A stretch of DNA of 60,308 bases, the filler included. It is 8 parts of 8 records of this genome, joined end to end, with 100 filler letters (N's around TTAATTAATTAA, not from the genome) between each part and the next. Parts side by side here need not be neighbours in the genome. Positions count along the whole stretch, not along the records: positions 26,258 to 36,908 come from SRR31147125_39017; positions 37,009 to 42,780 come from SRR31147125_39029; 6 more parts are not named here. The stretch is one strand, 5' to 3'. Within the stretch, counting starts at the first letter, position 1, and each line of letters begins with the position of its first letter. This document shows positions 32,254 to 42,880 of the stretch, piece by piece. The translations under genes and the position numbers were made by a program. The notes below the pieces were generated by a model that did not search any database, had not been told where the DNA came from, and saw only the letters and a list, made by a program, of their open reading frames with translations.

Positions 32254-33560
32254 TAAAGCTTATAAACCTTCTCCGAAGCCTCTTTTATTACATTCCGCAA
32301 ATCAACAATAAGTTTCGAATGCTCCAAAATAAAATCGGCATCAAATACTGAGTGGTTGGTAGTAATTACAATACAATCAGCTGCCGATAAATTCTCAACG
32401 GTAAGTGCTTGAGAATTCATTTTTTCTTCAACAATATTAATTTCAGGAATAAAAGGATCGTGATACGAAACCTCGCCTCCTTTTTTAACCACCTCCTCCA
32501 TAATTTTTAAGGCCGGAGATTCGCGTTCGTCGTTGATATCTGGTTTGTAAGCTACTCCTAAAAATATAATCTTACTTCCGTTTACCGACTTTTTATGACG
32601 GTTCAACGCCGATGTAATTTTTAATGTCATTCGGTGCGCCATCAGCAAATCGATGTGCCCGGCTGAATGAATCATCGACAAATCGAAATTAAATTTCTTT
32701 GCAATGTGTTCTAAATAAAACGGATCCAGCGGAATGCAATGCCCACCCACTCCGGGACCGGGATAAAAAGCCTGAAATCCGAAAGGTTTTGTTTTAGCCG
32801 CATCAATTACTTCCCAAATGTTAATATCCATTTTTCCGCAAAGAAGCGCCATTTCGTTAACCAAACTAATATTTACAAGGCGATATGTATTTTCCAATAT
32901 TTTTACCATTTCGGCAGCGCGCGGCGAACTTACCGGATGTACATTTTCGATAGCCAGCCTGTAAATAGCTTCACCAATTTCCAATCCATCGCTTGTAAGT
33001 GCCCCCAAAACTTTGGGAGTATTATTGGTATTAAATTCTTTATTTCCGGGATCAACTCTTTCAGGCGAATATGCCAGCCAAAAATCGATACCGTGTTTAA
33101 GACCCGATTCTTTTTCAATTATTGGTAGAACAAAATCTTCCGTGGTAGTTGGGTAGGTTGTACTTTCGAGACTAATAAAAGTGCCTTTTTTAAGATTCTG
33201 ACCGATTGCAATACAGGCATTCTCTATGAAAGTCATATCCGGTTTTCGGAACTTGTCGAGAGGAGTTGGAACACATATAAAAATAGCGTCGCACTTATTC
33301 AACATTGAAAAATCGGTACTTGCGCTTAGTTGTTTTGCATTCACAACTTTTGCCAACTCTTTTTCAGAAATATCGTTAATATAATTCTCTGCTGCATTTA
33401 TCTTGTCAACCTTTTCTTCCGACTTGTCGAAACCAGTTACGTTAATGTTCGACTGAGCAAATGTAACTGCCAGTGGAAGCCCCACATAACCCATTCCAAC
33501 AATCCCAATCTGCAATTCTTTACGGGCTGTTTTTTCTGATATTTCCAGTTTATTGTTCAT
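32253..33560 (-). CDS. wbpA: Nucleotide-sugar dehydrogenase, WbpA-like UDP-GlcNAc 6-dehydrogenase
   Basis: GMGYVGLPLA, CVPTPL, LESTTYP, SPERVDPGN, GPGVGGHCIPLDP, GVAYKPDINDERESP. Confidence 0.8.
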   Translation of the reverse strand: MNNKLEISEKTARKELQIGIVGMGYVGLPLAVTFAQSNINVTGFDKSEEKVDKINAAENYINDISEKELAKVVNAKQLSASTDFSMLNKCDAIFICVPTPLDKFRKPDMTFIENACIAIGQNLKKGTFISLESTTYPTTTEDFVLPIIEKESGLKHGIDFWLAYSPERVDPGNKEFNTNNTPKVLGALTSDGLEIGEAIYRLAIENVHPVSSPRAAEMVKILENTYRLVNISLVNEMALLCGKMDINIWEVIDAAKTKPFGFQAFYPGPGVGGHCIPLDPFYLEHIAKKFNFDLSMIHSAGHIDLLMAHRMTLKITSALNRHKKSVNGSKIIFLGVAYKPDINDERESPALKIMEEVVKKGGEVSYHDPFIPEINIVEEKMNSQALTVENLSAADCIVITTNHSVFDADFILEHSKLIVDLRNVIKEASEKVYKL

Positions 33561-34122
33561 TTTCAACAAGTTCTAAAAATCCGTTATTTAGTTGATATTT
33601 TTCTCCGGTTTCGGGGCAGATTAAATCGTCGCCTAAAACAATTCCGTTCTTGCTAACCCAGCCGGTTTGTTTTGCCGGAACACCTGTCATTAAAGCAAAA
33701 GGTAAAACATTTTTTGTCACGACAGCACCGGCACCAATAAAACAATATTCTCCCAATGTAATTCCACAAACTATTGTTGCATTTGCGCCAATACTCGCAC
33801 CTCGTTTTACCAATGTCGGTTTAAATTCGTTCTTTCGCTCAACTGAACTCCGCGGATTAATAACGTTTGTAAAAACCATCGATGGCCCGAGAAATACATC
33901 ATCTTCGCAAACTACTCCTTCGTATACCGACACGTTATTTTGGACCTTAACATTGTTCCCAAGCCGAACTTTGTTCCCAAGAAATACATTCTGCCCAAGA
34001 ATACAATTTTCGCCAACTTCAGCGCTTCCCATAACATGCGAAAAATGCCAAATTTTGGTTCCCTCTCCTATTTGGGCACCTTGGTCTATTATTGCGGTTT
34101 CGTGAATAAAAGTGGTAGTCAT
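33550..34122 (-). CDS. wbpD: Hexapeptide N-acetyltransferase, WbpD/WlbB-like
   Basis: IWHFSHV, KVQNNVSVYEGV, GPSMVFTNVINPRS, GASIGANATIVCG. Confidence 0.82.
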   Translation of the reverse strand: MTTTFIHETAIIDQGAQIGEGTKIWHFSHVMGSAEVGENCILGQNVFLGNKVRLGNNVKVQNNVSVYEGVVCEDDVFLGPSMVFTNVINPRSSVERKNEFKPTLVKRGASIGANATIVCGITLGEYCFIGAGAVVTKNVLPFALMTGVPAKQTGWVSKNGIVLGDDLICPETGEKYQLNNGFLELVENEQ

Positions 34123-34123
34123 T

Positions 34124-35248
34124 TTACTTTATTTTGAAAAAGTCTCTAATTGTATTCACAATACAAGATAATTGCTCTTCATCCAACTCGGAATGCATGG
34201 GCAATGAGAGCACAGTTTGCGTTAACTTTTCAGCTACCGGAAAATCACCGGCCTTGTACCCCAATTCTTTATACGCTTCCTGTAAATGTAAAGCTTTGGG
34301 ATAATATATCATCGATGGAATTCCCTTCTCTGCCAGAAAGGCTTTCAATTCATCTCTTCTTTCTGTTTGAATGGTATATTGATGATATGAGTGAGTGCTG
34401 TAACTTACTTTTTCAGGCAATTTTATATCACCAATACTTTTCAAATGTTCGTCGTAAAAACAAGCAGCATTTTGCCGTGCCGCCATATGTTTTTCAATGT
34501 ATTTTAATTTTACTTCTAAAATTGCTGCCTGAATACTGTCTAACCTTGAATTTACCCCAACTCGCACATATTCGTACTTTTCTTTCATACCGTGATTGGC
34601 AATCGAGCGAATAATTTCCGCAAGCTTATCATCATCTGAAAAAATAGCGCCACCATCGCCAAAAGCACCCAATGTTTTTGATGGGAAGAAAGAATTACAA
34701 CCAATATTTCCAAGCGTACCGGCTTTTTTCCGGGTTCCATCACTAAAAAGATAATCTGTCCCAAGTGCCTGACAGGCATCTTCAATTACAAATAAATTAT
34801 GATTTTTAGCAATAGTTGTAATTGCTTCCATATTTGCACACTGACCGTACAAATGCACAGGAATAATTGCCTTCGTTTTTGAAGTTATTGCCTCCTCAAT
34901 TTTTGATTCGTCGATATTAAAAGTGCTGCAATTAACATCTACAAAAACAGGTTTAAGTCCCGGCAGAACGGCAGTTTCAGCAGTCGACACAAAAGTAAAC
35001 GGAGTTGTTATAACTTCATCACCGGGCTGTAATTTCAGAGCCATTAAAGCAATTTGTAGTGCATCGGTTCCACTACCGCAAGCAACCACATTCGTATTTA
35101 AATATGTCGCCAAATTCTTTTCAAAATCGAGCACCTTGCCACTTTTAATAAAACGTGTAGATTTTATCACTTCCTGAATGGCCGCATCAATTTCCTCTTT
35201 CATTGTGAGGTATTGGCCATATAAATCGGACATGTGGATGGTTTGCAT
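34124..35248 (-). CDS. wbpE: DegT/DnrJ/EryC1/StrS aminotransferase, WbpE-like
   Basis: SGTDALQIAL, PVHLYGQ, IEDACQA, SFFPSKTLGAFGDGG, GVNSRLD, VLSLPMH. Confidence 0.78.
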   Translation of the reverse strand: MQTIHMSDLYGQYLTMKEEIDAAIQEVIKSTRFIKSGKVLDFEKNLATYLNTNVVACGSGTDALQIALMALKLQPGDEVITTPFTFVSTAETAVLPGLKPVFVDVNCSTFNIDESKIEEAITSKTKAIIPVHLYGQCANMEAITTIAKNHNLFVIEDACQALGTDYLFSDGTRKKAGTLGNIGCNSFFPSKTLGAFGDGGAIFSDDDKLAEIIRSIANHGMKEKYEYVRVGVNSRLDSIQAAILEVKLKYIEKHMAARQNAACFYDEHLKSIGDIKLPEKVSYSTHSYHQYTIQTERRDELKAFLAEKGIPSMIYYPKALHLQEAYKELGYKAGDFPVAEKLTQTVLSLPMHSELDEEQLSCIVNTIRDFFKIK

Positions 35249-35407
35249 ATTCTTTCTGAATTCTAACTTATAAACTATAAAAGTATAAAATTAGTGTACA
35301 GATGGCGCGAATACCCAGATATTTTGGATTGTAATAACCATTATTAAAAAGTAAATAGCTGAGTTGAATATTAAGTGACCATTTAAAATTTTAATAATAG
35401 CCGCTAA

Positions 35408-35490
35408 TTTTGTGAGTCCTTTGTGTTTTTGTGCCTTAGTGGCTAAAAAAAACAGCCACAAAGTCTCTAAGACTCAAAGAAATCACCAAG
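35408..35490. repeat. Inverted repeat built from 8-bp units (REP-like), downstream of the MFS gene
   Basis: CTTTGTGT TTTTGTGC CTTAGTGG ... CCACAAAG TCTCTAAG ACTCAAAG. Confidence 0.6.
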
Positions 35491-35503
35491 CCTTATTTTA
35501 ATT

Positions 35504-36908
35504 CTACTTCCTCCCAATTACAAATTTATCGTATAACCACAACAAAACCACAGCCGAAACTGCAATTCCTGAAAACACCATCCAGATATTTGTTGGGTGA
35601 TAATTTTGCCATAAATAATTGGTTAATTCAACCTGCGACATATTCATTTTTTCGGCAGCCTGAGAGAAGAAGTCGTTTTTAGTGAATTGCTCCGAGTATT
35701 CAGCCGGAAAATCAAAGCCACGTTTGACAACTTCCTTATGCAATAAGAAATATTTATCGGAAATACCTTCGTAGAAATCGCCGGAAAGCCAACCTGCAAC
35801 CTTATGAGCCGCTGCGATTGGCAAAAATGAGGTTCCCATATAAAGAGCTTTTTGGTCGGCCGGAGCAATTTTCCCAACATATTCGGTATATTTTGGAGAG
35901 CTTCCCATTTCTCCCAAAGCAAAAATTAATACACCCAACAAAATTAACCAACCACTCTGAGTTGCAAACATCAAACCCAATCCGCCTGACAAAACAAGAA
36001 TTCCACCCATCATTGCATTTAGCGGGCGAAAGCGCATTACAAAAGCCGAAACCATAATCTGAAAAACGATGATAAAAAAGCTATCCATGCTGGTCATGGT
36101 AACTGCACTAATTGTTCCATTCTTGCCAATGGTTTCAGCCAGCCAGGGCCAAACAGCATGCAGTCCATTATACACCACCGTAGTATCAATCCACTGGTCT
36201 ACAAAAATTCCGAACGAATAATAGAGCTGATTAAATGCTGACCAAAACAAAATCATTATTACCAGAAACATCACGTATTTCCAGTTTTTTAGGGTGATTA
36301 ATATATTTTTAAATGCCTGAATTATGTTTTTCAATAAAGAATTTCCATCGTCTTCGCGTCCGGGCTCTTTAAACATAAAAAGAGTAATTAACACATTTAC
36401 TCCAACTGCCGCAATTGCCATGTAAAAAACATATTCCCAACTTAGTTTTAACAAGGCGCCGGCAATAAATGGCCCAATGAAACCACCGATATTAACCATC
36501 ATGTAAAAAATGCCGAAACCGATTGAAGCTGTTTCCTCGGTAGTTGTTTTGGCAATCATAGCCGAAATTATAGGCTTAAACAATGCGCCACCAACACAAA
36601 TCCAAACAAAGGCAAAATAAATCAGGCCATAACTTTCAAAAATATTAATCATATAAAAGCCCGACATATAAATGGCAAATGCCAGAAGCAATACTTTTTT
36701 ATATCCCACCTTATCGGCAATGGCACCGGTTATTACGGGTAAAAAATAGAGCAATGCCGAGCCGGTTCCCATAATGGCTCCTTTTTGTCCGTTTGAGAAG
36801 CCTAAAGCTCCGGTATCTGTCGAACCTACAAGAAAAATAGGGAAAGCCAGGTAAAAACCATACCAGGCCCAACGTTCGAAAAGTTCAATTGTATTTGATG
36901 TCCAGAAA
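35504..36908 (-). CDS. MFS transporter, POT/PTR peptide-transporter-like, 5'-truncated
   Basis: Frame extends to the contig end (FWTSNTIELFERWAWYG); GAIADKVGYKK, GGALFKP, GFGIFYMMVNIGGFIGP. Confidence 0.85.
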
Positions 36909-37008
36909 NNNNNNNNNNNNNNNNNNNNNNNNNNNNNNNNNNNNNNNNNNNNTTAATTAATTAANNNNNNNNNNNNNNNNNNNNNNNNNNNNNNNNNNNN
37001 NNNNNNNN
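36909..37008. other. Artificial contig spacer
   Basis: N-run, TTAATTAATTAA, N-run. Confidence 0.97.
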
Positions 37009-37372
37009 TTGCAGATACTGCTCCAGATGCTCCAACTGCATTGTAGTAATAATTGTTTCTATGCTTGTAAAGTGCATAGGCATTTGCAAAAATCATTCCT
37101 CCAAAATATAAAATAAGGAAGTAGGCATTATGGAGTCTTCCAAGTCCATATTCGAAATAACTTTCAATAGCATTTCCAAAAGAGTAAAGTACAATCATGT
37201 TTACAATTAGGTGTTCCCAGTTTGCATGAACAAACCCGTGGCTAACAAGTCGATAGTATTCACGTTTGTGGATTACTTTACTGGCATTGAACTGAAGCTT
37301 CTCAATTAAATCTTGTCGGTTGAATGCTGCAATTGAAATAACAGCTGTTATTGCGATAATAATTATGGTCAT
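37009..37372 (-). CDS. Rhomboid family intramembrane serine protease, 3'-truncated
   Basis: YRLVSHGFVHANWEHLIVNM and the catalytic GASG motif. Confidence 0.9.
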
Positions 37373-37377
37373 GCTAA

Positions 37378-38376
37378 TTAATGTAAAATTTTATAAATCA
37401 TTTCACGCTGAAGGTCTCCGGCGGTTGCAGAAACATTTCCAAATCCTTTTGATTTCATGTCATATTCACGAAGAACAGCAATAATTTCAACTACTTTCTT
37501 GATGGGGTATTTTTTTGCAGCTGCTATGTAGGATCGGACAAAGAACGGATTTATTTGTAAGCTAGAGGCGACTGCATTTTGTGATTTATCTTCCAGAAAA
37601 TGATAGGTTAAAATCTTCATGAAGAAAAAATACAAGCTTGCAATAGTTCTGGTAATAGGGCTGGACGCAGGATTTGCTGCAAAATAATTTATAATTTGAT
37701 TTGTTTTTAGAATGTTCTTTTCTCCAAGTGCATTTTGTAGCTCAAAAATGTTGAAATCTTTACTAATACCAATGTTCTTCTCGATATGATCGGGTGAAAT
37801 CTTTGTGTTTACAGGCAAGGATATAATTAGCTTGTCCAGTTCGTTCGATACCTTACTGAGATCAGTCCCAAGGTATTCGGCAAGCATGGCTGAAGCTTGA
37901 GGCTCGATGCTAAATTTGTGGCTGGATAAGTAACTGTTAATCCATGCCGGAAGCTGGTTGTCGTATATTTTCTTTGATTCAAAAAGTACACTTTTTTTCC
38001 CCAATTGCTTTGCAAAGCTCTTTCGTTTATCAATGGTTTTGTACTTATAATTTAAAACCAAAATTGTGCTTTCAAGCGGAGCTTTTATGTAAGGCTCAAG
38101 GTCTTCTATCTTTTTTATGTTTTGAGCTTCTTTTACAATAATTACCTGATGGTTTGCCATCATGGGGAAGCGTCTTGCATGGGTTATGATTGTATCTATA
38201 TCGGTGTCTTTCCCATACAGCACATGCTGGTTGAAGCCTTTTTCAGCTTCAGTTAAAACATTCTTTGAAATGTAGTCAGTAATCTGGTCGATAAAATAGC
38301 TTTCTTCTCCCATTAAGAAATAGATGGGATGGTAGATTTTATTGCGCAGATTGATCAATATATCTTCGTAATTCAT
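37378..38376 (-). CDS. holA: DNA polymerase III subunit delta
   Basis: PIYFLMGEESYFID, RRFPMMA..VIIVKEAQ, NELDKL, GISKDFNIFEL. Confidence 0.92.
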   Translation of the reverse strand: MNYEDILINLRNKIYHPIYFLMGEESYFIDQITDYISKNVLTEAEKGFNQHVLYGKDTDIDTIITHARRFPMMANHQVIIVKEAQNIKKIEDLEPYIKAPLESTILVLNYKYKTIDKRKSFAKQLGKKSVLFESKKIYDNQLPAWINSYLSSHKFSIEPQASAMLAEYLGTDLSKVSNELDKLIISLPVNTKISPDHIEKNIGISKDFNIFELQNALGEKNILKTNQIINYFAANPASSPITRTIASLYFFFMKILTYHFLEDKSQNAVASSLQINPFFVRSYIAAAKKYPIKKVVEIIAVLREYDMKSKGFGNVSATAGDLQREMIYKILH

Positions 38377-38390
38377 TATTTATCTTTCAT

Positions 38391-39161
38391 TTAAAATTTA
38401 AGGTGTCTTACAGAACGCCCATTATTTTTAATTTCAAGCAAAGCATCAATTCCTATTTTTACATGCTTCTGCACAAAATTGGTTGTTACTTCTTCATCGC
38501 TTGCAGTGGTTTTTATTCCAGTTGAGATCATTGGTTGATCGGATACTAGTAATAATGCTCCAGCAGGAATGTGATTTGCAAAACCAACGGTAAAAATTGT
38601 TGAAGTCTCCATGTCAATGGCAATTGCCCGTGTTTTGTTGAGGTACTTTTTAAAGCGTTCATCGTATTCCCAAACCCGTTTATTGGTAGTGTAAACAACG
38701 CCAGTCCAATAATCCTCTTTATTTTCCCTAATGGCTGTTGAAACTGCTCTTTGTAAATTAAAAGCAGGGAGTGCCGGAATTTCTGGCGGAAGATAATCAT
38801 TGGAAGTCCCATCACTTCTAATTGCAGCAATCGGAAGGATAAGATCCCCAAGCTTATTATTACGTTTTAAGCCACCACATTTCCCTAAAAAAAGAACAGC
38901 CTTAGGTTTAATTGCACTTAGCAAATCCATTATGGTTGCTGCATTTGGACTTCCCATACCAAAATTGATGATTGTGATATTATTCGAAGTTGCTGTTGGC
39001 ATGTTTTTATCAGCACCATCAATATCTACATCGAATTGTTCAGCAAACATCTCGACATACAATTGAAAATTGGTAAGAAGAATGTACTTCCCAAATTTGT
39101 CAAGCGTTTGACCAGTATATCTTGGGAGCCAGTTATCAACAATTTCTTTTTTGGTTTTCAT
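38391..39161 (-). CDS. amn: AMP nucleosidase (Bacteroidota type, PNP/UDP family)
   Basis: MKTKKEIVDNWLPRYTG, NFGMGSPNAATIMDLL, FLGKCGG, AIDMET, LLLVSDQP. Confidence 0.85.
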   Translation of the reverse strand: MKTKKEIVDNWLPRYTGQTLDKFGKYILLTNFQLYVEMFAEQFDVDIDGADKNMPTATSNNITIINFGMGSPNAATIMDLLSAIKPKAVLFLGKCGGLKRNNKLGDLILPIAAIRSDGTSNDYLPPEIPALPAFNLQRAVSTAIRENKEDYWTGVVYTTNKRVWEYDERFKKYLNKTRAIAIDMETSTIFTVGFANHIPAGALLLVSDQPMISTGIKTTASDEEVTTNFVQKHVKIGIDALLEIKNNGRSVRHLKF

Positions 39162-39290
39162 AGACAGAGATTTGTCTTGGTTTTGATATTATTTTAATAC
39201 CTCTTATAAGTTTAATCTTTTTTTTGCACTTTTGGATACCCCTTTTTGTGGAAATAATTTCACAAAAGTACAACTTTGAATTGTCATAGG

Positions 39291-39746
39291 ATGGTTACAA
39301 AATTAAATTTGCCAACATATTCTTTCAAGTTAAAAGAAGAAGGGGGCAAGCAATTGGTTTTTGATGAGGTTAGAAAAAAGTTTTTGGTGCTTACCCCTGA
39401 AGAGTGGGTACGTCAAAATTTTATCAGGTTTTTGATTGATTCTAAAGGCTTTTCACCATCATTAATGGCAATTGAAACTGGGCTGAAAATTAATCAAAAT
39501 CAGTTTCGAGCCGATTTACTAGTTTACAATAGAGTTGGGCAGCCGTTACTTGTTGTTGAATTTAAAGCCCCTAATGTTAAAATATCTCAGGATGCTTTTG
39601 ATCAGATCGCTCGATACAATATGAAGTATAAAGTTCCCTATCTGATTGTTTCAAATGGATTGAGTCATTATTGTTGTCGGGTTGATTTTGAAAAAGAGCA
39701 ATATTCATACCTAAAGGATATACCTGATTTTCAGGAAATTTGCTGA
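39291..39746 (+). CDS. Stand-alone HsdR N-terminal-domain (PD-(D/E)xK-like) protein
   Basis: RKKFLVLTPEEWVRQ, RADLLVY..VVEFKAP, QIARYN, VSNGL; no hsdM/hsdS or helicase nearby. Confidence 0.82.
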   Translation: MVTKLNLPTYSFKLKEEGGKQLVFDEVRKKFLVLTPEEWVRQNFIRFLIDSKGFSPSLMAIETGLKINQNQFRADLLVYNRVGQPLLVVEFKAPNVKISQDAFDQIARYNMKYKVPYLIVSNGLSHYCCRVDFEKEQYSYLKDIPDFQEIC

Positions 39747-39751
39747 TGCTA

Positions 39752-40279
39752 TTAAAGTATCAATTGGTAAATTGCTTCATCGAGCCAACCTTCTGCAGTT
39801 TTTATCCAATCTTTTTTCACCCCCACCTTTTTAAACCCGGCTTTTTCAAACAATTGAATACTTGCTAAATTATCAATAGTAATATTGGCATAGATCTGAT
39901 GTAACCCGATTACGTTTTGAGAATAGTTTGCTATAAGCTTAATGGCATCAAAAGCAAAGCCTTTTCTTCGGTCTTTGGCTGAATGAATTAGTATTCCAAT
40001 TCCAGCACGCTGGTGTTTTGGATCAAAGTCAAAAAGGTCGACAGCCCCAACTGCAATTCCAGATAAATCTTCGATAATTAACCGAAGTTGCCGGGTTTCA
40101 AAAATGTCACGATGCGATTCCTGTATATATTGTTTTAAAATGTATTTAGAGAATGGAACGAGAGTATTGCTAACCTTCCATATTGGCAGATCGTTTTCCC
40201 ATTCATAAAGTAGTTCTAAATCTTCAGGTTCAAGGGGGCGAAGTCGAATATCTCCAAGTTCTAGTTTTTTCAGGTTCAT
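39752..40279 (-). CDS. GNAT family N-acetyltransferase (RimJ/RimL/SpeG-like)
   Basis: LRPLEPEDLELLYEWEND, RAGIGI, RRKGFA, NLASIQLFEKAGF. Confidence 0.85.
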   Translation of the reverse strand: MNLKKLELGDIRLRPLEPEDLELLYEWENDLPIWKVSNTLVPFSKYILKQYIQESHRDIFETRQLRLIIEDLSGIAVGAVDLFDFDPKHQRAGIGILIHSAKDRRKGFAFDAIKLIANYSQNVIGLHQIYANITIDNLASIQLFEKAGFKKVGVKKDWIKTAEGWLDEAIYQLIL

Positions 40280-42225
40280 TGTCCAAGATTTTTCCATCCG
40301 GAAAGGATGATTTCAAGATCATTTAAAATACGATAATCTTTAGCATAGACCATGTCAATTTCAAACTTTTTTTGTTCTGAAAGTCTCAGGTTTTGCTTAT
40401 CTGCTGGTGTTAGTACTGCTGGTTTGAGACTGGGTAAGTTTACTCTGGCTGTTGAAGACGATGAGTATCCAACCCAGCTTTTTTGAGCAAAAAGAACCGC
40501 AAATATATTCCTTAAAAATCCACTTTTGTTTTTTACATACCAACATGAAATTGGAGAACTAAATAGCAATAAAGCAGCAACTATTAGATCAACTAATCTC
40601 TTGTTTCGCTTATTTTGTTCTTTGGATATAGCATTAACATGAACAACATAAAGTTCTCCTGCGGTGTCGATAGAGTTGCTTCCAATAATTGAGAAGCTCT
40701 TTGGAGGAGCAATTTTATATTCAATATTCATATCCGTTAATTCAAGCATTACATTTATTATTTGTTGCGAGCTGAGATCGCTAGCGCTAAATATTAACTC
40801 TTCAATTTTATGAATGCGAATGATTTCACGAAGCTGATCAAGATTGCCCAGGAATGGAGCAACATGTTGATCACGTTTTGGATTGACTAAGCCGATAATG
40901 TCAATTTTAAGTTGAGATTGTTTTATGAGTTTTTTAATTCGGTCAGCTTCATCATTGGCAGCAATTAAAACTACTTTTTTTGTTCGTTTTAAGTCAAATT
41001 GAAATGATGACGGTCTAAGTTGATTAAGAAAGAAACGATATATAAAAAGAACTGTCATAGCCCAGACTGAGCCTAATATAATTAAGGCTCTAGAGAAACG
41101 AAATCCTTCATCAACTAAGGAGTGAAAAACAAGAATGGTAATACTTCCCCATAAAATACCACGCAAAAATTTGATAATTTTAATTGGCTTTTGGTATCCT
41201 CCAGATAGAAATACGCTAAACAACCAAATAAAAATATAAATAGGAATAGCGTACGTCAGGAATTCGCTTGGGTAATGGCCTTTGCTAAATTTCAGTTTCT
41301 CCCAATAGGGAAGTAACCATAAAAAGCCTGTATAAATTAATATTCCGTCAACAATTGGTAGGAAAATGGCTTTTGTGATTCGATTGATAATAGCAAGAAA
41401 AGCACGAAAATAGATTGCCAGATTAATAAGTAGTGAAAACATACCGGCACGTCCTTTTGAAAAATGTTTATTGGCGAAAATGGCCATTGCTTTATAAAAC
41501 ACTTTCACGTAATTAATGCTTCCTTTTTTGGTGCTTTCTCCTTTGTAATGAATAATGGTAGTTTCAGGGTAATAAAAATTTTTGTATCCTCCTTGGGTAA
41601 TTCGGTATGAGAGATCAATGTCTTCACCGTACATGAAGTATTCTTCGTCTAACAACCCAACTTTATCGAGTGCAGCTTTGCGAATAAACATATATGCACC
41701 AGATAGAACATCAATCTCTTTTATCTGATCTTTATCAAGATGTCCTAAGTGATACCGCCCAAAATGTTTCGATTTACTGAATAATTTAGAGAAGCCAAAT
41801 ATTTTATAAAATGCAACAGCAGGGGTTGGCAATCCTCTCTTGGATTCAGGCAAAAAGCGACCTTTACCATCGATCATTTTTACTCCAAGTGCACCAGCCT
41901 CGGGTAGTTTGTCCATAAAGTTAATGCACTTTATAAAGCAATCCTCTTCAACAATGGTGTCTGGGTTTAAGAGCAAAATATACTCTCCGCTTGCTTGCTT
42001 AATAGCTTGGTTGTTGGCTTTTGAAAAACCCTTGTTATCATGGTTTTCAATTAAAGTAACTTCAGGGAATATTTCGCTCACCATTTGGCATGATCCATCA
42101 ACCGAATTATTGTCAACAACATAAATCTCGGCTTCAATTTTAGAGCAGGCTTTTTGTACAGCATGCAGACACTGTTCTAAAAAGAACTTTACATTGTAAT
42201 TGACTATAACCACTGATAACTTCAT
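40276..42225 (-). CDS. GT2 glycosyltransferase fused to TM helices and a C-terminal sugar-transferase-associated region
   Basis: LSVVIVNYN, VVDNNSVDGS, LLLNPDT, FMYGEDIDLS; C-terminal KRLVDL..Y....D.EII. Confidence 0.85.
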   Translation of the reverse strand: MKLSVVIVNYNVKFFLEQCLHAVQKACSKIEAEIYVVDNNSVDGSCQMVSEIFPEVTLIENHDNKGFSKANNQAIKQASGEYILLLNPDTIVEEDCFIKCINFMDKLPEAGALGVKMIDGKGRFLPESKRGLPTPAVAFYKIFGFSKLFSKSKHFGRYHLGHLDKDQIKEIDVLSGAYMFIRKAALDKVGLLDEEYFMYGEDIDLSYRITQGGYKNFYYPETTIIHYKGESTKKGSINYVKVFYKAMAIFANKHFSKGRAGMFSLLINLAIYFRAFLAIINRITKAIFLPIVDGILIYTGFLWLLPYWEKLKFSKGHYPSEFLTYAIPIYIFIWLFSVFLSGGYQKPIKIIKFLRGILWGSITILVFHSLVDEGFRFSRALIILGSVWAMTVLFIYRFFLNQLRPSSFQFDLKRTKKVVLIAANDEADRIKKLIKQSQLKIDIIGLVNPKRDQHVAPFLGNLDQLREIIRIHKIEELIFSASDLSSQQIINVMLELTDMNIEYKIAPPKSFSIIGSNSIDTAGELYVVHVNAISKEQNKRNKRLVDLIVAALLLFSSPISCWYVKNKSGFLRNIFAVLFAQKSWVGYSSSSTARVNLPSLKPAVLTPADKQNLRLSEQKKFEIDMVYAKDYRILNDLEIILSGWKNLGQ

Positions 42226-42237
42226 GGGCTAACGACT

Positions 42238-42780
42238 TTATTGAGACAATGAATCTTCAAAATTCATCCTGTTTCTTATTGAACGTCCCAGTGTTATTTC
42301 ATCGGCATATTCCAGTTCATCTCCAATAGAAACCCCTCGGGCAAGTGTTGATATTTTAACGTTCAGATCCTTTAATTTCTTATAAATGAAAAAATTTGTT
42401 GTGTCGCCTTCCATGGTTGTGCTTAAAGCAAGTATTACTTCTACTGAGTCGTTTTCTTTAACACGTTCTATTAATGAGTTAATTTCCAGATTAGACGGAC
42501 CGATTCCATCCATTGGTGAAATTATTCCCCCAAGCACGTGATATAAACCATTGAATTGTTGCGTGTTTTCAATTGCCATTACATCTTTTATATTTTCAAC
42601 AACACAAATAATTTCGGGGATACGTGACGGATGACTGCAAATGTTGCAAATTTCGGTATCTGAAATGTTGTGACAAACTTTGCAGTGTTTAATATCGTTC
42701 CGGAGCTGGATAATACTATTACCAAAAAAATCAACTTCCTCCCGATCTTGTCTTAATAGATGAAGTACAAGGCGAAGCGC
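42238..42780 (-). CDS. recR: Recombination mediator RecR, 5'-truncated
   Basis: Frame is open to the contig end with a C4 zinc finger ([16 protein letters not shown]); [35 protein letters not shown]. Confidence 0.94.
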   Translation of the reverse strand, partial: ALRLVLHLLRQDREEVDFFGNSIIQLRNDIKHCKVCHNISDTEICNICSHPSRIPEIICVVENIKDVMAIENTQQFNGLYHVLGGIISPMDGIGPSNLEINSLIERVKENDSVEVILALSTTMEGDTTNFFIYKKLKDLNVKISTLARGVSIGDELEYADEITLGRSIRNRMNFEDSLSQ

Positions 42781-42880
42781 NNNNNNNNNNNNNNNNNNNN
42801 NNNNNNNNNNNNNNNNNNNNNNNNTTAATTAATTAANNNNNNNNNNNNNNNNNNNNNNNNNNNNNNNNNNNNNNNNNNNN
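42781..42880. other. Artificial contig spacer
   Basis: N-run, TTAATTAATTAA, N-run. Confidence 0.97.

Noticed and set aside
39291..39746. Type I restriction-modification or other defence system
   Set aside because: Only an isolated HsdR-N domain among housekeeping genes.
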